From Nannocystales bacterium (lineage in GTDB: Bacteria > Myxococcota_A > Polyangia > Nannocystales > Nannocystaceae): 57,635 nt of DNA. Both the position numbers and the translations under genes were made by a program. The stretch spans positions 1 to 57,635 of the forward strand of contig JBOEGF010000065.1 in assembly GCA_050633305.1 (NCBI GenBank), read 5' to 3'. Shown here one piece after another: positions 31,695 through 42,248 of the stretch (its first letter is position 1; the number at the start of each line of letters is the position of its first letter). Below the pieces are notes generated by a model. The model worked only from the letters and a program-made list of their open reading frames with translations. It did no database searches and had not been told where the DNA came from.

Positions 31695-32666
31695 ATGCAA
31701 GGCGCTGCGCGAGGATTGTGCATTGTCGGGCTTCTGTCCGCGTGCGGTGAAGAAGCTGACGCGCCACAGTGGTCGAGTTGCGAGGAAGCCCGGTCCAGGG
31801 CGAGCTTCTTCGAGGTCCCTCCTGCCGAGTTGGCGGACCCGCTCGAAGTCGGCGACGAACTTCCGGTCTTGCGCTGGACGAGCGCGGCGCTGGGGGCCGA
31901 GGAACTCGCGACCCAGGCGCCTGCGCTCGCGTGCATTCTGACCGGCGATGAGGTGAAGGCCCGGCCGGCGCTTCTCGACTGGGCGCAAGGTGAGGTCGAG
32001 GGGGCGGCGGCGAGTGAGGAGAGGGTGTTCGACCGCGACGTCACGGTGTCACTTCGACGCTCCGGGCCCCGAGTGACGCTATCCGTCGGGCGTGACGTGT
32101 CGTCGGAGCCGGCGCTCGATGAGACCACCCGGCTTGCTCGAGCAACCGCGGTTGTCGAGGCGTTGTTTGAGCACGGAGGGATCGAGGGAGCATCGATCGA
32201 CGATGTCCAACGGATCTACTTCAACACGAGGATCTTCGGGCCCGACGGATTCAGCGAAACGATCACCACGCTCGCGAGCGTGATTTGGAGACCCCGCGTG
32301 GGGCGGGCACACGTCGGCCTCAGCTCCGTCGAGGCGTGGGTCCATGACAATGGCCACGTCTCCTCGATCACCGTCCCCCTCGCGCGCATCAGCGACGAGG
32401 GAGAACGGGTCGTCGCGGCGGTCGCGGAGTCCGAGGCCGAAGCGTTGTTTGTCCAGAAGGCCGAAGCTGGTCTGACGCTCGAAGGTTGGACCATCGAGGG
32501 TCCCGAAGGGCAGCTCTCGCTTCCGGTTCGCGAAGACGGAGAAACGGCGGAGGTGGTCTGGGTCGGGTCCTACGTGGCGGTGAGCGGCGACGGACGTGTC
32601 GGCCGACGGACGCCGTACTTCATGTCGCTGTCCGACCCAGATGCGCCGCTCTTCAGGACCGACTAG
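31695..32666 (+). CDS. Hypothetical lipoprotein
   Basis: MQGAARGLCIVGLLSAC; only the 3' part of the 600-aa track ORF looks coding. Confidence 0.65.
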   Translation: MQGAARGLCIVGLLSACGEEADAPQWSSCEEARSRASFFEVPPAELADPLEVGDELPVLRWTSAALGAEELATQAPALACILTGDEVKARPALLDWAQGEVEGAAASEERVFDRDVTVSLRRSGPRVTLSVGRDVSSEPALDETTRLARATAVVEALFEHGGIEGASIDDVQRIYFNTRIFGPDGFSETITTLASVIWRPRVGRAHVGLSSVEAWVHDNGHVSSITVPLARISDEGERVVAAVAESEAEALFVQKAEAGLTLEGWTIEGPEGQLSLPVREDGETAEVVWVGSYVAVSGDGRVGRRTPYFMSLSDPDAPLFRTD

Positions 32667-33088
32667 GACCCGGAGCTATCCGGCGAATTGCAGTTGACCA
32701 TCCACGGGACGCCGAACTTGTCGGTGACCATCCCGAACGCGGCTGCCCAGAAGGTCTTGTCCAGCGGCATCTTCACCTCGCCACCTTCGGCGAGTGCGTC
32801 GAAGGCCTTGCGTGCAGCATCGACGTCGGTGAACGAAAGCGAGAGGCTGCAGCTACGAACGGGCCCCTCGAACGGCGCCCAGGGACCCGCGTCGGAGGCC
32901 ATCAGCTCGCCGCAGGGGAGCTTGAGGGTGGCGTGCATGACCCGGTCGTGAAAGGCGGGCGGGATGTCGCCTTTCATCGGTGAGTCGCCGAAGGTCTGAG
33001 AGAACAACACCTCTCCGCCCAGGGCGTCGGCGTAAAAGGCGAGGGCTTCGGCCGTCTGGCCATCGAACGTTAGATAGGGGTTGGGCAT
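32663..33088 (-). CDS. VOC / PhnB-like protein
   Basis: PYLTFDGQTAEALAFY; VMHATL; LMASD; FGMVTDKFGVPWMVN. Confidence 0.9.
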   Translation of the reverse strand: MPNPYLTFDGQTAEALAFYADALGGEVLFSQTFGDSPMKGDIPPAFHDRVMHATLKLPCGELMASDAGPWAPFEGPVRSCSLSLSFTDVDAARKAFDALAEGGEVKMPLDKTFWAAAFGMVTDKFGVPWMVNCNSPDSSGS

Positions 33089-33128
33089 GGGGGGATCTTC
33101 CTAGGGTAGACCTTACTGTTCCACGACA

Positions 33129-34037
33129 CTAGCGGGACACAAAGACTTCGGGGTCGACCGCGCGGACCTCCGACCATCCGGCGGGTTCATACTTCTCTTC
33201 CTCGTCGCCAGGGCAGGTTCCGAACGCCACGCCTCGGGCGACAACCATCATGGTGTGGTCGCCGACCACCATCTCCACGGGATCACCGTTGAACTGGCGG
33301 ACCGTCTCGCCGTCGGGGCTGACTCCTTCCACGCCCCGAATGTAGCCGCACTCGTCGAAGCCGTGTCCACACAGGTCATCGCCGGCAACCGTGTCCAAGC
33401 CGATCGCGAATCCGCCTGATGAGCTGAACACGAGAATGCGTTCGTCGCGTTGGACCGTAAACCGATAGGCGGGGATCGGGTAGTCCTCACCTGCGGGTTC
33501 GCCTTCGTACGAAACCTGGACGGGGTCCGCTCCGAGGTCGACCGCCTGGTTGCGAATGGTGACCTCGAGGAGCTGGCTCTGCGGTTCCCCCTTTCGGGCC
33601 TCCGGGTCCGGGCACTCGAGTGGAAGCACCGTTCGAACGAGCCCGTCCTCTCCGGTGGAAACATCGGGAGTACCAGGGAAGCACGTCGTGGAAGAGAGAA
33701 ACCATGACCAGAACTCCACGTCGGACTCGCTGTTGCCATTGATGCTGAAACCGACTGTGAACGGGTTCGCGTCTGTGAGGCACTCTGGGAGTTCGATCCC
33801 GCCGGTGCTGGTTCCGGTCTCCCCACCGACCTCGCCCGAGGAAGAGGAGAAGGACGAGGACGACGACGACGAGTCCGGTCCCGCCGTTGCACTCTGCGAG
33901 GAGGTGCTCCCGACGCTGTCGGACGTGCCGGGTCCGTCCTCATCCACGCCTCCGCCTGCGTCCCCACAAGCGGAGGAGCCAATGAAGACCGCACACAGGG
34001 CAATCTGCTGCCAACCAAGAACAAGTCTAGGATTCAT
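33129..34037 (-). CDS. Hypothetical lipoprotein with Ser-rich linker
   Basis: Lipobox SSAC; poly-Ser tract. Confidence 0.7.
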   Translation of the reverse strand: MNPRLVLGWQQIALCAVFIGSSACGDAGGGVDEDGPGTSDSVGSTSSQSATAGPDSSSSSSSFSSSSGEVGGETGTSTGGIELPECLTDANPFTVGFSINGNSESDVEFWSWFLSSTTCFPGTPDVSTGEDGLVRTVLPLECPDPEARKGEPQSQLLEVTIRNQAVDLGADPVQVSYEGEPAGEDYPIPAYRFTVQRDERILVFSSSGGFAIGLDTVAGDDLCGHGFDECGYIRGVEGVSPDGETVRQFNGDPVEMVVGDHTMMVVARGVAFGTCPGDEEEKYEPAGWSEVRAVDPEVFVSR

Positions 34038-34150
34038 GAGTCTATAGAGTCCGGATCGGCCTCATCGGTTCACGAGACGCTTGCTTTTCGTCGGAACGGC
34101 CCAGTGCGGGGGACGCGGCGATAGCATCCTTCCTGGGCACCAGCGGCTGT

Positions 34151-34558
34151 TCAAAATCGGGCCGAGGGTCCACCCGCCGTACCCCACAGCCCTCGTCGCA
34201 GCAGGACCCGCCGGATCGTCGAGGGACTCACCGCGTAGCCCGCCTGTCGAACCGCTTTCGCAATCGCATCTCGCGAGCCCGTAGGCATCGAGAACGCGAT
34301 GCGGATCGCGAGGTCCTCGACTTCGTTCTTGAGTCGGTACCGGGCCGCCTTTCTTGCCCGACGCAGCATGTAGATCAGCCCTTCGGGACCGGCGACGACA
34401 TCCCGCACCGCCTTGCGGACCTCCTGGTGGTCCTTGAACCGATAGCGCAGCACGGCATCGACGACGCTCGTCTGTTGGGCGTAACGCGCGGCGCGAAGCC
34501 AGCGTTTCCACAGGCACCGGGCGTAGCGTTCCAAGTGATCTGGTTGTTCTGTGTTCAT
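34151..34558 (-). CDS. Small basic protein with a transposase-type HTH-like C-terminus
   Basis: IAKAVRQAGYAVSPSTIRRVLLRRGL; no DDE domain visible. Confidence 0.45.
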   Translation of the reverse strand: MNTEQPDHLERYARCLWKRWLRAARYAQQTSVVDAVLRYRFKDHQEVRKAVRDVVAGPEGLIYMLRRARKAARYRLKNEVEDLAIRIAFSMPTGSRDAIAKAVRQAGYAVSPSTIRRVLLRRGLWGTAGGPSARF

Positions 34559-34650
34559 GATCTGGGCACACGTTTCCTGTTCACGTCGCGGCGAAGCGCG
34601 TGAGACCGACGGGGCGACCCCCCGCCCGTTGGGCGATTGGAAGTTCACGG

Positions 34651-35685
34651 TCAGGCGGCGAGACCGGGCGCTCGGAGCTCACTCGTGGCAATGACGACGT
34701 CGAGCGCCCGCGTCGCCCGCATCCAGTCCACGTGCTCGGTCCCTGCGGCGGGGGCCATGAGTAGAACGTCGAGCGCGACGCCCTCGTCTTCCCGTTGGAC
34801 CAGCACGACCACACCATCTCGGCCGTCGTCTCCGAGCGCTGCATGCCATTGGCCGAGCCATCCCGGCACGGCCTGGGCGAACTCCGAGCGCTCCGCAGTC
34901 AGGACCGCGCCCACGGGAACGCCGCTGACCCTCAGCTCCCGCCACAGTGAGGCTCGACGCTCAAGCGCCCCCGGGGCGCCATCGAGTTGCTGCACGTGGA
35001 TCTTCAGCGCCGCCCCACGCTGCGCATCGCGGGCCACGTGGGCTGCCCACGCCATTCGTGTCTCGTCGCCCTGGCCGCGGGCATCCCAGGAGCCGGGCAC
35101 GGCGAACCCGAGCAGAGGCCCCTGGTGCGCCACCAGAGACTCGATGGTTCCTCGTGCCTGTTGGCCGAGCCGAAAGCCGTCGATGGCGTGCCAGAGTGCG
35201 TCGTGGTGACGAGACCACACAGGCAACGGCGCGGAAGCATCGCAGCACATCAGCCGAGCTCCAGAGCGAATGGCCATCGTGCGCCGGACCTCGATGTGCC
35301 CCAGCGCTTCGCGGAGCGCCCCGACCTCGTAGCGGGGACCGTGGGATCCCGGGTGCCTCTGGGTCCACGCGATCTGCCAGCCGTGGTGCGTCCACAGCCA
35401 TCGAAGCCACTCGAGCGGGTCGACCTCCCACCGAAGCGTCTGTGAGCTGACCCGCAGCCGCGGCCCCTCGAGGGTCGGCGGCTCCCCGAACACGACAAGC
35501 GGCATTGGCTGGCCTTGTCTCTCGGGAATGTGGCGGGTTGGCCGAGCTGTCACCATCGACCGAGGCACAGGCACGGCAAAGCTCGCGCCCGGATCGAAGT
35601 CGACCTCGAGGCACCGAAGCTCGTGCGAGTGCGCGAGTGCATCGGGGTCGGCGGCGGGATGGCGAAACAAGACTTCGTCGTTCAT
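34651..35685 (-). CDS. T6SS-associated protein, possibly DcrB/PsbP-like chaperone
   Basis: Directly downstream of the PAAR gene; two F(A)VP-x-x-(W/M) segments suggest duplicated Mog1/PsbP-like folds (inference). Confidence 0.5.
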   Translation of the reverse strand: MNDEVLFRHPAADPDALAHSHELRCLEVDFDPGASFAVPVPRSMVTARPTRHIPERQGQPMPLVVFGEPPTLEGPRLRVSSQTLRWEVDPLEWLRWLWTHHGWQIAWTQRHPGSHGPRYEVGALREALGHIEVRRTMAIRSGARLMCCDASAPLPVWSRHHDALWHAIDGFRLGQQARGTIESLVAHQGPLLGFAVPGSWDARGQGDETRMAWAAHVARDAQRGAALKIHVQQLDGAPGALERRASLWRELRVSGVPVGAVLTAERSEFAQAVPGWLGQWHAALGDDGRDGVVVLVQREDEGVALDVLLMAPAAGTEHVDWMRATRALDVVIATSELRAPGLAA

Positions 35686-35690
35686 GAGGT

Positions 35691-37034
35691 TCACTCCCAG
35701 GGCTCGGGTTGTTGTTCGGAGTCGTGGGTTTGTGTTCGCTTGTGAAACGGTCCCCAGTCCCATCCGTCTTGGTCGTGTTTCTTGGGACCGTCCTCGAGGG
35801 ACTTCGACTCCCATCCCTCCGACTCGTCCTTCTTGGTGGGTGGGAATGGTCTCGCCGGGTCGACCTCGGCGGTGCGCTGGTCGTTCCAGTGCGGCAGGTC
35901 GAACACCCATTGACTCCGATCGGACCGTCCCCGCGGGCCCCAGGGATACGGGTTCGACCGGTCCTCTCGGAAGTCTGCGAACAGACTCCCCAGGTCGAGA
36001 TCGATCTCGAGAGAGATCTTGGGCTTGTCGATGGCGGCGAGGATCCGCTTTGCCCCCCAGCCGGTCACTGGCGCGAGCATCGGATTGGCAGCTCCGGCGT
36101 GAAGGAGGCCGATGGCTGCGGCCCCACCGACGATGCCTTGCCAGTTCCAACTCACCGTCGCGCTCAGCTTCAAGGTTGGGCCTGTCCACCCGACGCGTTC
36201 GAGGCCGTCGGAGAGAACGTCGAGTCCGAGGTGATGCACCTCCTGCACCAGGCTGGAGCGTGCAGGCGGTCCCGCGAGCACGGACGGCGCGCCGCCCACG
36301 ATGGGGTTGGGGCCTCCAGGCAGCTCCACCACCCAGTCCCCGGTCCGAAGGAGCGGCCGGGCGTTGACGTAGACCGATCCGTTCGTGGTCTTCCACGAGC
36401 CCGACTGCGGAAGGTGGGGCAAGCCGACAACGTTGGTCATCGGGCATGCGGCCACAGCGTGCCCGACCGTCAATGCCGGGCGACCGCCGATGTTCACGTT
36501 GGTCGAGCCGGGTCCGGGAACCGCTCGGCCACCGTGCAGCATCATCTCTCCAACTCGGGCCACGTACGGGGCCCCAGGGTGATGCATGCGTTCGACCGTC
36601 CACGGGATGCCATCGATCTCGAACCCGTCGAGCGAGCCTTCGACGTCGCCGGACGAGAAGCGAATCGGCTCGTCCAGCAGGTCCCAGACCACGTACGCGA
36701 CGGCGAGGGCACCGACGACCCATTTCCACGCAAGGCCATCATCCTCGTGGGGCTCTTCCTCCTTCGATCCCTCCTCGGATCCGTATTCTCGCGCCCAGTC
36801 CTCCAAGCACTCGCTCCCGCCGAAGATGTCGGCGTGGGTCGGCAGGCCGGTGCACCGGCTCAGCTCTTCATGGGGAGCCGTGTCGCGAGCACGGGCGAGT
36901 TCGCCGGGCCACGGATGACGGCCTTGGGAGAGACGTTCCCCAAACCGCTCTCGCATCCGCGTCCGCGCTGCGCTGGCGTCCTCACTCGCCGAGGGGAGCC
37001 CCAGCGACTCGAACAATGTGGAGGGTCGGGTCAT
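35691..37034 (-). CDS. PAAR-domain protein with N- and C-terminal extensions
   Basis: ARVGE..HGG, NVNIGGRPALTVG, CP..PH, SVYVNARPLLRTGD, GAPSVLAG; TGATG coupling to vgrG. Confidence 0.8.
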   Translation of the reverse strand: MTRPSTLFESLGLPSASEDASAARTRMRERFGERLSQGRHPWPGELARARDTAPHEELSRCTGLPTHADIFGGSECLEDWAREYGSEEGSKEEEPHEDDGLAWKWVVGALAVAYVVWDLLDEPIRFSSGDVEGSLDGFEIDGIPWTVERMHHPGAPYVARVGEMMLHGGRAVPGPGSTNVNIGGRPALTVGHAVAACPMTNVVGLPHLPQSGSWKTTNGSVYVNARPLLRTGDWVVELPGGPNPIVGGAPSVLAGPPARSSLVQEVHHLGLDVLSDGLERVGWTGPTLKLSATVSWNWQGIVGGAAAIGLLHAGAANPMLAPVTGWGAKRILAAIDKPKISLEIDLDLGSLFADFREDRSNPYPWGPRGRSDRSQWVFDLPHWNDQRTAEVDPARPFPPTKKDESEGWESKSLEDGPKKHDQDGWDWGPFHKRTQTHDSEQQPEPWE

Positions 37035-39352
37035 CAGCAGTTGAGGTTGATGGGGTTGCCTTTGACGTCGACTTTTCCGGTGGGGGCATGGAGGTCCATC
37101 GACCCATTGCTGTCGAGCACCAGCTTGCTCGTGGCGAACAGGTCGAGTTCCGCGGCCTTGTGCTTGCTCAAAGTCAGCGCCTGCGTGGTCATCGACTCGG
37201 CCTTGCTGAACATGCCGCCTGCGGTCTCGAAGGTCGCGGCGTCGCGGCTCAGCTCGAGCTTCGACTCGCTCCCCTTGCCGCCATAGAGCCCGGCTTGTTC
37301 CTGTGTCAGGCCCAGGTTGCCAGCGTCCGAGGTCAGCCACAGTTGTTCCTCCACGGTCGCCGTGATGACCGGGCCGCTGATGAACACCCCACGGGGGGTC
37401 AACTCCAGCTCCGCGGTCCCAACGCGCAGCTTGATGCTCTCGGGAGCTTCGATCGAAACCGCCGTGGGGCTCATGGTCATCACGGACCCCGACTGTGCGC
37501 ACGACACCCTGACTTCGGTGTTTGCATCGACGGCAAGGGTCTCGCGAAGCGTCCAGCGAGCGTGTTCAGCTTCGAGCTCATGGTCCGCATCGATCGTCCT
37601 GCGTTCACTCCCGGTCACGCGAACCTCGAGATGGCCTTTCACTTCAGAGTTGGGTGCGCCAATGGCCACGGTCTCGCTCCCGCCGATGGTCCGCGTGGAG
37701 TCTTTGCCCACCGACAGCGAACGCCTGGCCCCGACCTGCGTGGACTGAGCCGCTTTCACCACCGTTCGCTGGTTGCGCTGTGCGTGAACAAAGACCTCTT
37801 CGTTGCCCGCTGCATCCTCGAAGCGCAGCTCGTTGAACCCATCGCCACCGGGGCTGCTCTGGGTTCGCAACACCGTGCATGTCTTGCTGTGCGGCAACGA
37901 GCCGGGCGGCATGTTGGTGGCCGTGTACAAACACCCCGTCACGACGGGTCGGTCCGGGTCGCCGCCGAGAAAACCGACGACGACCTCCATGCCCGCACGC
38001 GGAAGGAAGCTCGCGCCATATCCGGGCCCGGCCCACGCAGAGATCACCCGCAGCCAGCAGGTCTGACTCGGAGCATCGTCCCAGTGAAATCGCACCTGCA
38101 CTCGGCCGAGCGCATCGGTGTGCACCTCTTCGCCCGCGGGACCCACGACGGTGGCCGACTCGATACCGGTCGCCCGCGGCTTGGGACGAACCGGCGGCCG
38201 CACGGGAGCCGAGCTCAGCGCGGCGGCGACAAAACGGTTCGTGTAGGTCGGCGCACTGGGCCGTTCGTGCGATTCCAGGTCGACTTCGGGAAAGTCGGCT
38301 CGATGAACGACGCTGAGCACCGCGTAGTCCTGGTCGAGGTCGACGTGTGGATGCCCCCGCAGCTCGAACGTCGCGCCCGCGGTCAGGTCGGCGATGTTGC
38401 TCGCGCCAGAGACCTCGGCACCGCCGGCTCGATGTTCCTCGAGCAACCGAGTCGCCCACGCTTCGGTTTCGTCGACGTGCGGCCCGAGGTTGCCCTTGCC
38501 TTCGTCCAGGCGCCCAGGGTGGTGACTCCACACGCGCCCGCATCGGCCGGGGTCATCCCCCAGCTCGATGCGGGTCTCGAAGCGCGCGCCTCCGGGAGTC
38601 TTCCAATCCCGCGCGGTGACAGTCGTCCCTTGCGTGTGCATGCCGTCCCATCGCCCGAGGTACTGCACACTGGGCTCGTCCGCTTCTTCTTCGGCCTCGG
38701 GCTCGAACGGCACGGGCCACGGTTTCGACTCGGCTCGCAGGCTCGCGTCCATGCCCACGCCAGGCAGGGCGGCGTTGGCATCGGTGAGCACATAGCGGGT
38801 CTGGTTCTCGTCGCTTCCCGCCCCGTGCAGCAGGCAAAGTCCAGCCTGGGACAGCAGCCGCAACACGAAGTCGAGGTCGTTCTCGCTCCACTGGGTCCAG
38901 GAGTCCCGCGGTCCGAACGCGGAGCGAACCCGAGAGAGATCCCACGCGCCACCGTGGGTTGCGAACACGGGGCCGGCCACGGCCTCGAGCACCTCGGGCA
39001 GCGTCAAGTCGGCGAAGATGCGGCGTCGCGCCGAGTACCGCAGCAGCGCCAGCGCCGGCTCGACGACGACCCGGACCGTGAGCTGTCTACTGCGCGTGGT
39101 GACGTACTCCGCGCGCGTGACCACGCCGCCCAGGGTCCGCGCGGTCACGCCCGGCCGGTCGAGTTCTAGGGTCGCCCGTGCGCCGAGCAGCGATCGCACG
39201 TCGAGGTCGAGGTCTTCGCTGATCAGCTCGGCGGTGGCTTGGTACGGATGGTCGATGCGCTCGACCAGTTCGAAGCGCCGGGTGGGGAGCTCCAATTCGG
39301 CACCCGCGGGGGTCCGCAGGAACAGGGCCACGGTGACAGGTTCCAGACTCAT
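37034..39352 (-). CDS. vgrG: Type VI secretion spike protein VgrG
   Basis: EEVHTDALGRVQVRFHWD; WLRV..WAGPGYG..FLPRAGMEVVVGFLGGDPDRP; GFNELRFEDAAGNEEVFVHAQRN. Confidence 0.95.
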   Translation of the reverse strand: MSLEPVTVALFLRTPAGAELELPTRRFELVERIDHPYQATAELISEDLDLDVRSLLGARATLELDRPGVTARTLGGVVTRAEYVTTRSRQLTVRVVVEPALALLRYSARRRIFADLTLPEVLEAVAGPVFATHGGAWDLSRVRSAFGPRDSWTQWSENDLDFVLRLLSQAGLCLLHGAGSDENQTRYVLTDANAALPGVGMDASLRAESKPWPVPFEPEAEEEADEPSVQYLGRWDGMHTQGTTVTARDWKTPGGARFETRIELGDDPGRCGRVWSHHPGRLDEGKGNLGPHVDETEAWATRLLEEHRAGGAEVSGASNIADLTAGATFELRGHPHVDLDQDYAVLSVVHRADFPEVDLESHERPSAPTYTNRFVAAALSSAPVRPPVRPKPRATGIESATVVGPAGEEVHTDALGRVQVRFHWDDAPSQTCWLRVISAWAGPGYGASFLPRAGMEVVVGFLGGDPDRPVVTGCLYTATNMPPGSLPHSKTCTVLRTQSSPGGDGFNELRFEDAAGNEEVFVHAQRNQRTVVKAAQSTQVGARRSLSVGKDSTRTIGGSETVAIGAPNSEVKGHLEVRVTGSERRTIDADHELEAEHARWTLRETLAVDANTEVRVSCAQSGSVMTMSPTAVSIEAPESIKLRVGTAELELTPRGVFISGPVITATVEEQLWLTSDAGNLGLTQEQAGLYGGKGSESKLELSRDAATFETAGGMFSKAESMTTQALTLSKHKAAELDLFATSKLVLDSNGSMDLHAPTGKVDVKGNPINLNC

Positions 39353-39971
39353 GAAGAAAGGGTCCCCAGCTGGCCGAAGAGCACATCCGTTGCGATGCAG
39401 CCCGCCGTTGCACCGAGCGCGCCCGAGGCGATGACGCCTGCGATGCTCCGCGGGGCGCCAACCTGCATCCGCACCCGTGGGCGCTTCACGAAGCGACCTC
39501 CGGAGCCGGCTGCGCCAGTTCGAGCAGGGGGATGCCACAGACAATCCATCGGTCGATGGAGGGCGTTTGGGGCAGTGGTGCCCACATCGGTTTGCAGCCC
39601 GCTGACAGGAGTTCGCAGCGAGCCTGTTGACGGAGGAACGACGGAAGGATGCTCCGGGTCATTGCGCTTCCCGCCTGTGCTCCAGACATCCCACGACCCC
39701 GTCGACCCGCAGGACACCGTTGGGGCGCACGACCAACCCACGTGGCCCGGGCCGCCGATGTGAAGGCCTGACACCGTCCGCGGGAACGCGACGCTTTGAG
39801 TGGATGTGGGCGGGCATGCCAGGAGGAAAAAGCAAGCCCCGCGCCGAAACCGGCATCTGTGATTTCGGACGGTTGGCGCTCGCGCAGGTGGTACCTCGTC
39901 GTGTCGGCTTGACCGTGATCGATCCCGCGAGGTCCCAGGACTCGAGTGAACCGGACGCGTTGGTCGCATGC

Positions 39972-42041
39972 TCACTCGGACTCCCCCGATCCGACGCTGG
40001 AGTCGACAGCCGCCGCCGCTCGTCTCACGGTGGTGAGGTCTCCATCCACCGCAATCCCATCAGATGTGAGTCGGAGAACGCTCTTGCCGACCCGCAGCTC
40101 GATGCACTCTGGTGCCTGCAACGTTGCGGACCTGGGCTCCAGCGTCAGCACCGTGCCGTCCTTCGACGGACGTTGCAGCTCGGTTCGGCAAGACCATTGC
40201 ACCATCCCCTCCGCGCTACCCACGATCGTCTCGTCGGCGGTCCACAACGCGGAGCGGGCGTGCAGCGAGTGCACTTGGCCCACGTAGCGATGCTCGCCTC
40301 CCGTCACGAGCACGTTCAGCTCGCCGGGTGCCTCTGTGTTGGGCGTGCCGATCTGCACGGTCTCGTTCCCCGCGATCGACCGGGCCGAGTCCTTGCCAAC
40401 GAGCAGGGTTCGTGACCCGCCCACCGTCGTGCACGCGCGGGCTCGCACCACGGTGGTCTGGTTGCGCTGCGCGTGTAGATACACCTGCTCGTGTCCCGCG
40501 GCGTCCTCGAAGTGCAGCTCGTTGTGCCCCTGACCACCCGGGGTGCTGCGGCTGCGCCACACGGTGCGGGTCTTGGTTGCGGGGAGCTCCCCCGGGGGTT
40601 GGTTCGTGCCTGTGTAGACACAGCCGGTCACCAGCGGGCGGTCCGGATCGCCATCGAGAAACGACACCACCACCTCCATCCCCACCCGCGGGATGAACAA
40701 CGTGCCGTAGCCCGGGCCCGCCCAGCTTTGGGCGACCCGCAGCCAGCATGTGGAGCCCGCCTCATCGTCCCAGTGAAACCGCACTCGCACGCGGCCCAGC
40801 GCGTCGGTGTGGACCTCTTGGCCCGAAGGCCCGACTACGACGGCTGTCTGGGGCCCGGGGACGGTGGGACGAGCAGCCAGTGGAGGGCAAACCGACAGGC
40901 CCGCGGGCGCGCAGACGAAGCGATTCGTGTAGCTCGCCTCGCCGGACTGGGCCCCGACCTCGACTCCGGGAAAGTCACCGCGATGCAACACGTGCAGTAC
41001 CGCGTGGCGTTGATCGGGGCCAATCTGTGGGTGGTCGGTCAGCTCGAACACCGCCCCCGCGGCCAACCCTACGATGTTCGAGGCAGCCGCACTCCGGGTG
41101 CGTTCGGCGTGGCTGTCCTTGGCCACACGTCCCGACCATCGCGGTGTCTCGTTCGCCGGATGGTCACTGGACCCAGTGCCCTCATCCAGGCGTCCGGGGT
41201 GGTGCTCGCGCCGCTCCCCCCAGCGGTCGCGCCCGGGGCCGTCATCCACCACGTGTTCCAATGTCGTGCCGCCAGGCGTCTTCCAGTCGCGCGCTCGAGC
41301 CGAGATGCGCTGGGTACGGACACGGTGCTCGGGGGACAGGTGTTGCACGCTTTGCCGGGTGGCACCATCGGCGCGCTCGGAGATGAGCGGCACGAGCTGA
41401 GGTGCGGACGAGCGGCCTCCGAGCAAGTCGTCGCCCAGGTCGGGCAGAGTCGCTTCGTCGTCGAGCAACACCACCACTTCCTGCTCGCCATCCTCCGCGC
41501 ACAGCATGCTGATCCCGTCGGCGGCCAGCAGCCGAAGCACGAACGCGAGGTCGGTCTCGTCGTATTGCACGCAGTAGTCGCGCGGTGGGTACACGCCCCG
41601 GAGTCGGGAGAGGTCGAGGGCACCGCCGTACGCAGACAACGTGGGCGCGGCGACGTTCTCGATCACTTCCAGCACCGTGTTGTCGGCGAAGATTCGTCGG
41701 CGCCGACTCAACCGCAGCAGCGCCCAAGTCGACTCCATCAGCACCCGCGCGAACAGTTGCTCGTTGCGGGTGGCCACGCACTCCACCTGGGTGATCACGC
41801 CGCGCACGGTCCTGCTGCCGTGTCCACGGCGCGCGATGGTCAGTGCGGCTCGGACCCCGAGCAAGGTGTCGAGCTCGAGGTCCAGCTCTCCCGTGACGAT
41901 GTCCACCATCGCCTGGAATGGCCGATCGACGCGCTCGTCCCACTCGAATGCGCGGACGTCCAGATTTTCTCGCCCGGCGCAGTCCATCGTTGCCGTGGCG
42001 GGTTGCATCGGAGGACCGTCGAACCAGCGCATGTCGGGCAT
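39972..42041 (-). CDS. vgrG: Type VI secretion spike protein VgrG (shorter paralog)
   Basis: YCVQYDETDLAFVLRLL; FIPRVGMEVVVSFLDGDPDRP; NELHFEDAAGHEQVYLHAQRN. Confidence 0.95.
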   Translation of the reverse strand: MPDMRWFDGPPMQPATATMDCAGRENLDVRAFEWDERVDRPFQAMVDIVTGELDLELDTLLGVRAALTIARRGHGSRTVRGVITQVECVATRNEQLFARVLMESTWALLRLSRRRRIFADNTVLEVIENVAAPTLSAYGGALDLSRLRGVYPPRDYCVQYDETDLAFVLRLLAADGISMLCAEDGEQEVVVLLDDEATLPDLGDDLLGGRSSAPQLVPLISERADGATRQSVQHLSPEHRVRTQRISARARDWKTPGGTTLEHVVDDGPGRDRWGERREHHPGRLDEGTGSSDHPANETPRWSGRVAKDSHAERTRSAAASNIVGLAAGAVFELTDHPQIGPDQRHAVLHVLHRGDFPGVEVGAQSGEASYTNRFVCAPAGLSVCPPLAARPTVPGPQTAVVVGPSGQEVHTDALGRVRVRFHWDDEAGSTCWLRVAQSWAGPGYGTLFIPRVGMEVVVSFLDGDPDRPLVTGCVYTGTNQPPGELPATKTRTVWRSRSTPGGQGHNELHFEDAAGHEQVYLHAQRNQTTVVRARACTTVGGSRTLLVGKDSARSIAGNETVQIGTPNTEAPGELNVLVTGGEHRYVGQVHSLHARSALWTADETIVGSAEGMVQWSCRTELQRPSKDGTVLTLEPRSATLQAPECIELRVGKSVLRLTSDGIAVDGDLTTVRRAAAAVDSSVGSGESE

Positions 42042-42144
42042 CAGCCCGCTCTCCCGCAAACGCGCCACCACCGGTTGAGCTCGGGTGCAGGTCGCGGAAG
42101 TGGTGGGTGTCGGGATGGACGGATGGTGGGCACGCCCGTTTCGA

Positions 42145-42161
42145 AGCAAGCCAGGCGCCAA
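42145..42161 (-). promoter_or_regulatory. Sigma54 (-24/-12) promoter for the vgrG cluster
   Basis: Minus strand TTGGCGCCTGGCTTGCT = GG-N10-GC with TTGC, ~100 nt upstream of vgrG. Confidence 0.7.
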
Positions 42162-42201
42162 GGCGCCACCACAAGATCTCAAGGGCTTGGGCGAGCGCTG
42201 T

Positions 42202-42248
42202 GGAACCTCGAGGTTCCCCTACGAGACGGGGGTGGAACCTCGAGTTCC
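42202..42248. promoter_or_regulatory. Tandem palindromic sites, probable bEBP enhancer
   Basis: Perfect palindrome GGAACCTCGAGGTTCC (42202-42217) and variant GGAACCTCGAGTTCC (42234-42248). Confidence 0.6.

Noticed and set aside
34151..34648. Intact IS transposase
   Set aside because: Only an HTH-like segment; no DDE domain or terminal inverted repeats seen.
39349..39975. 208-aa ORF between the two vgrG genes
   Set aside because: Arg/Pro/Ser-rich with no recognisable motif; coding status unsupported despite overlaps at both ends.
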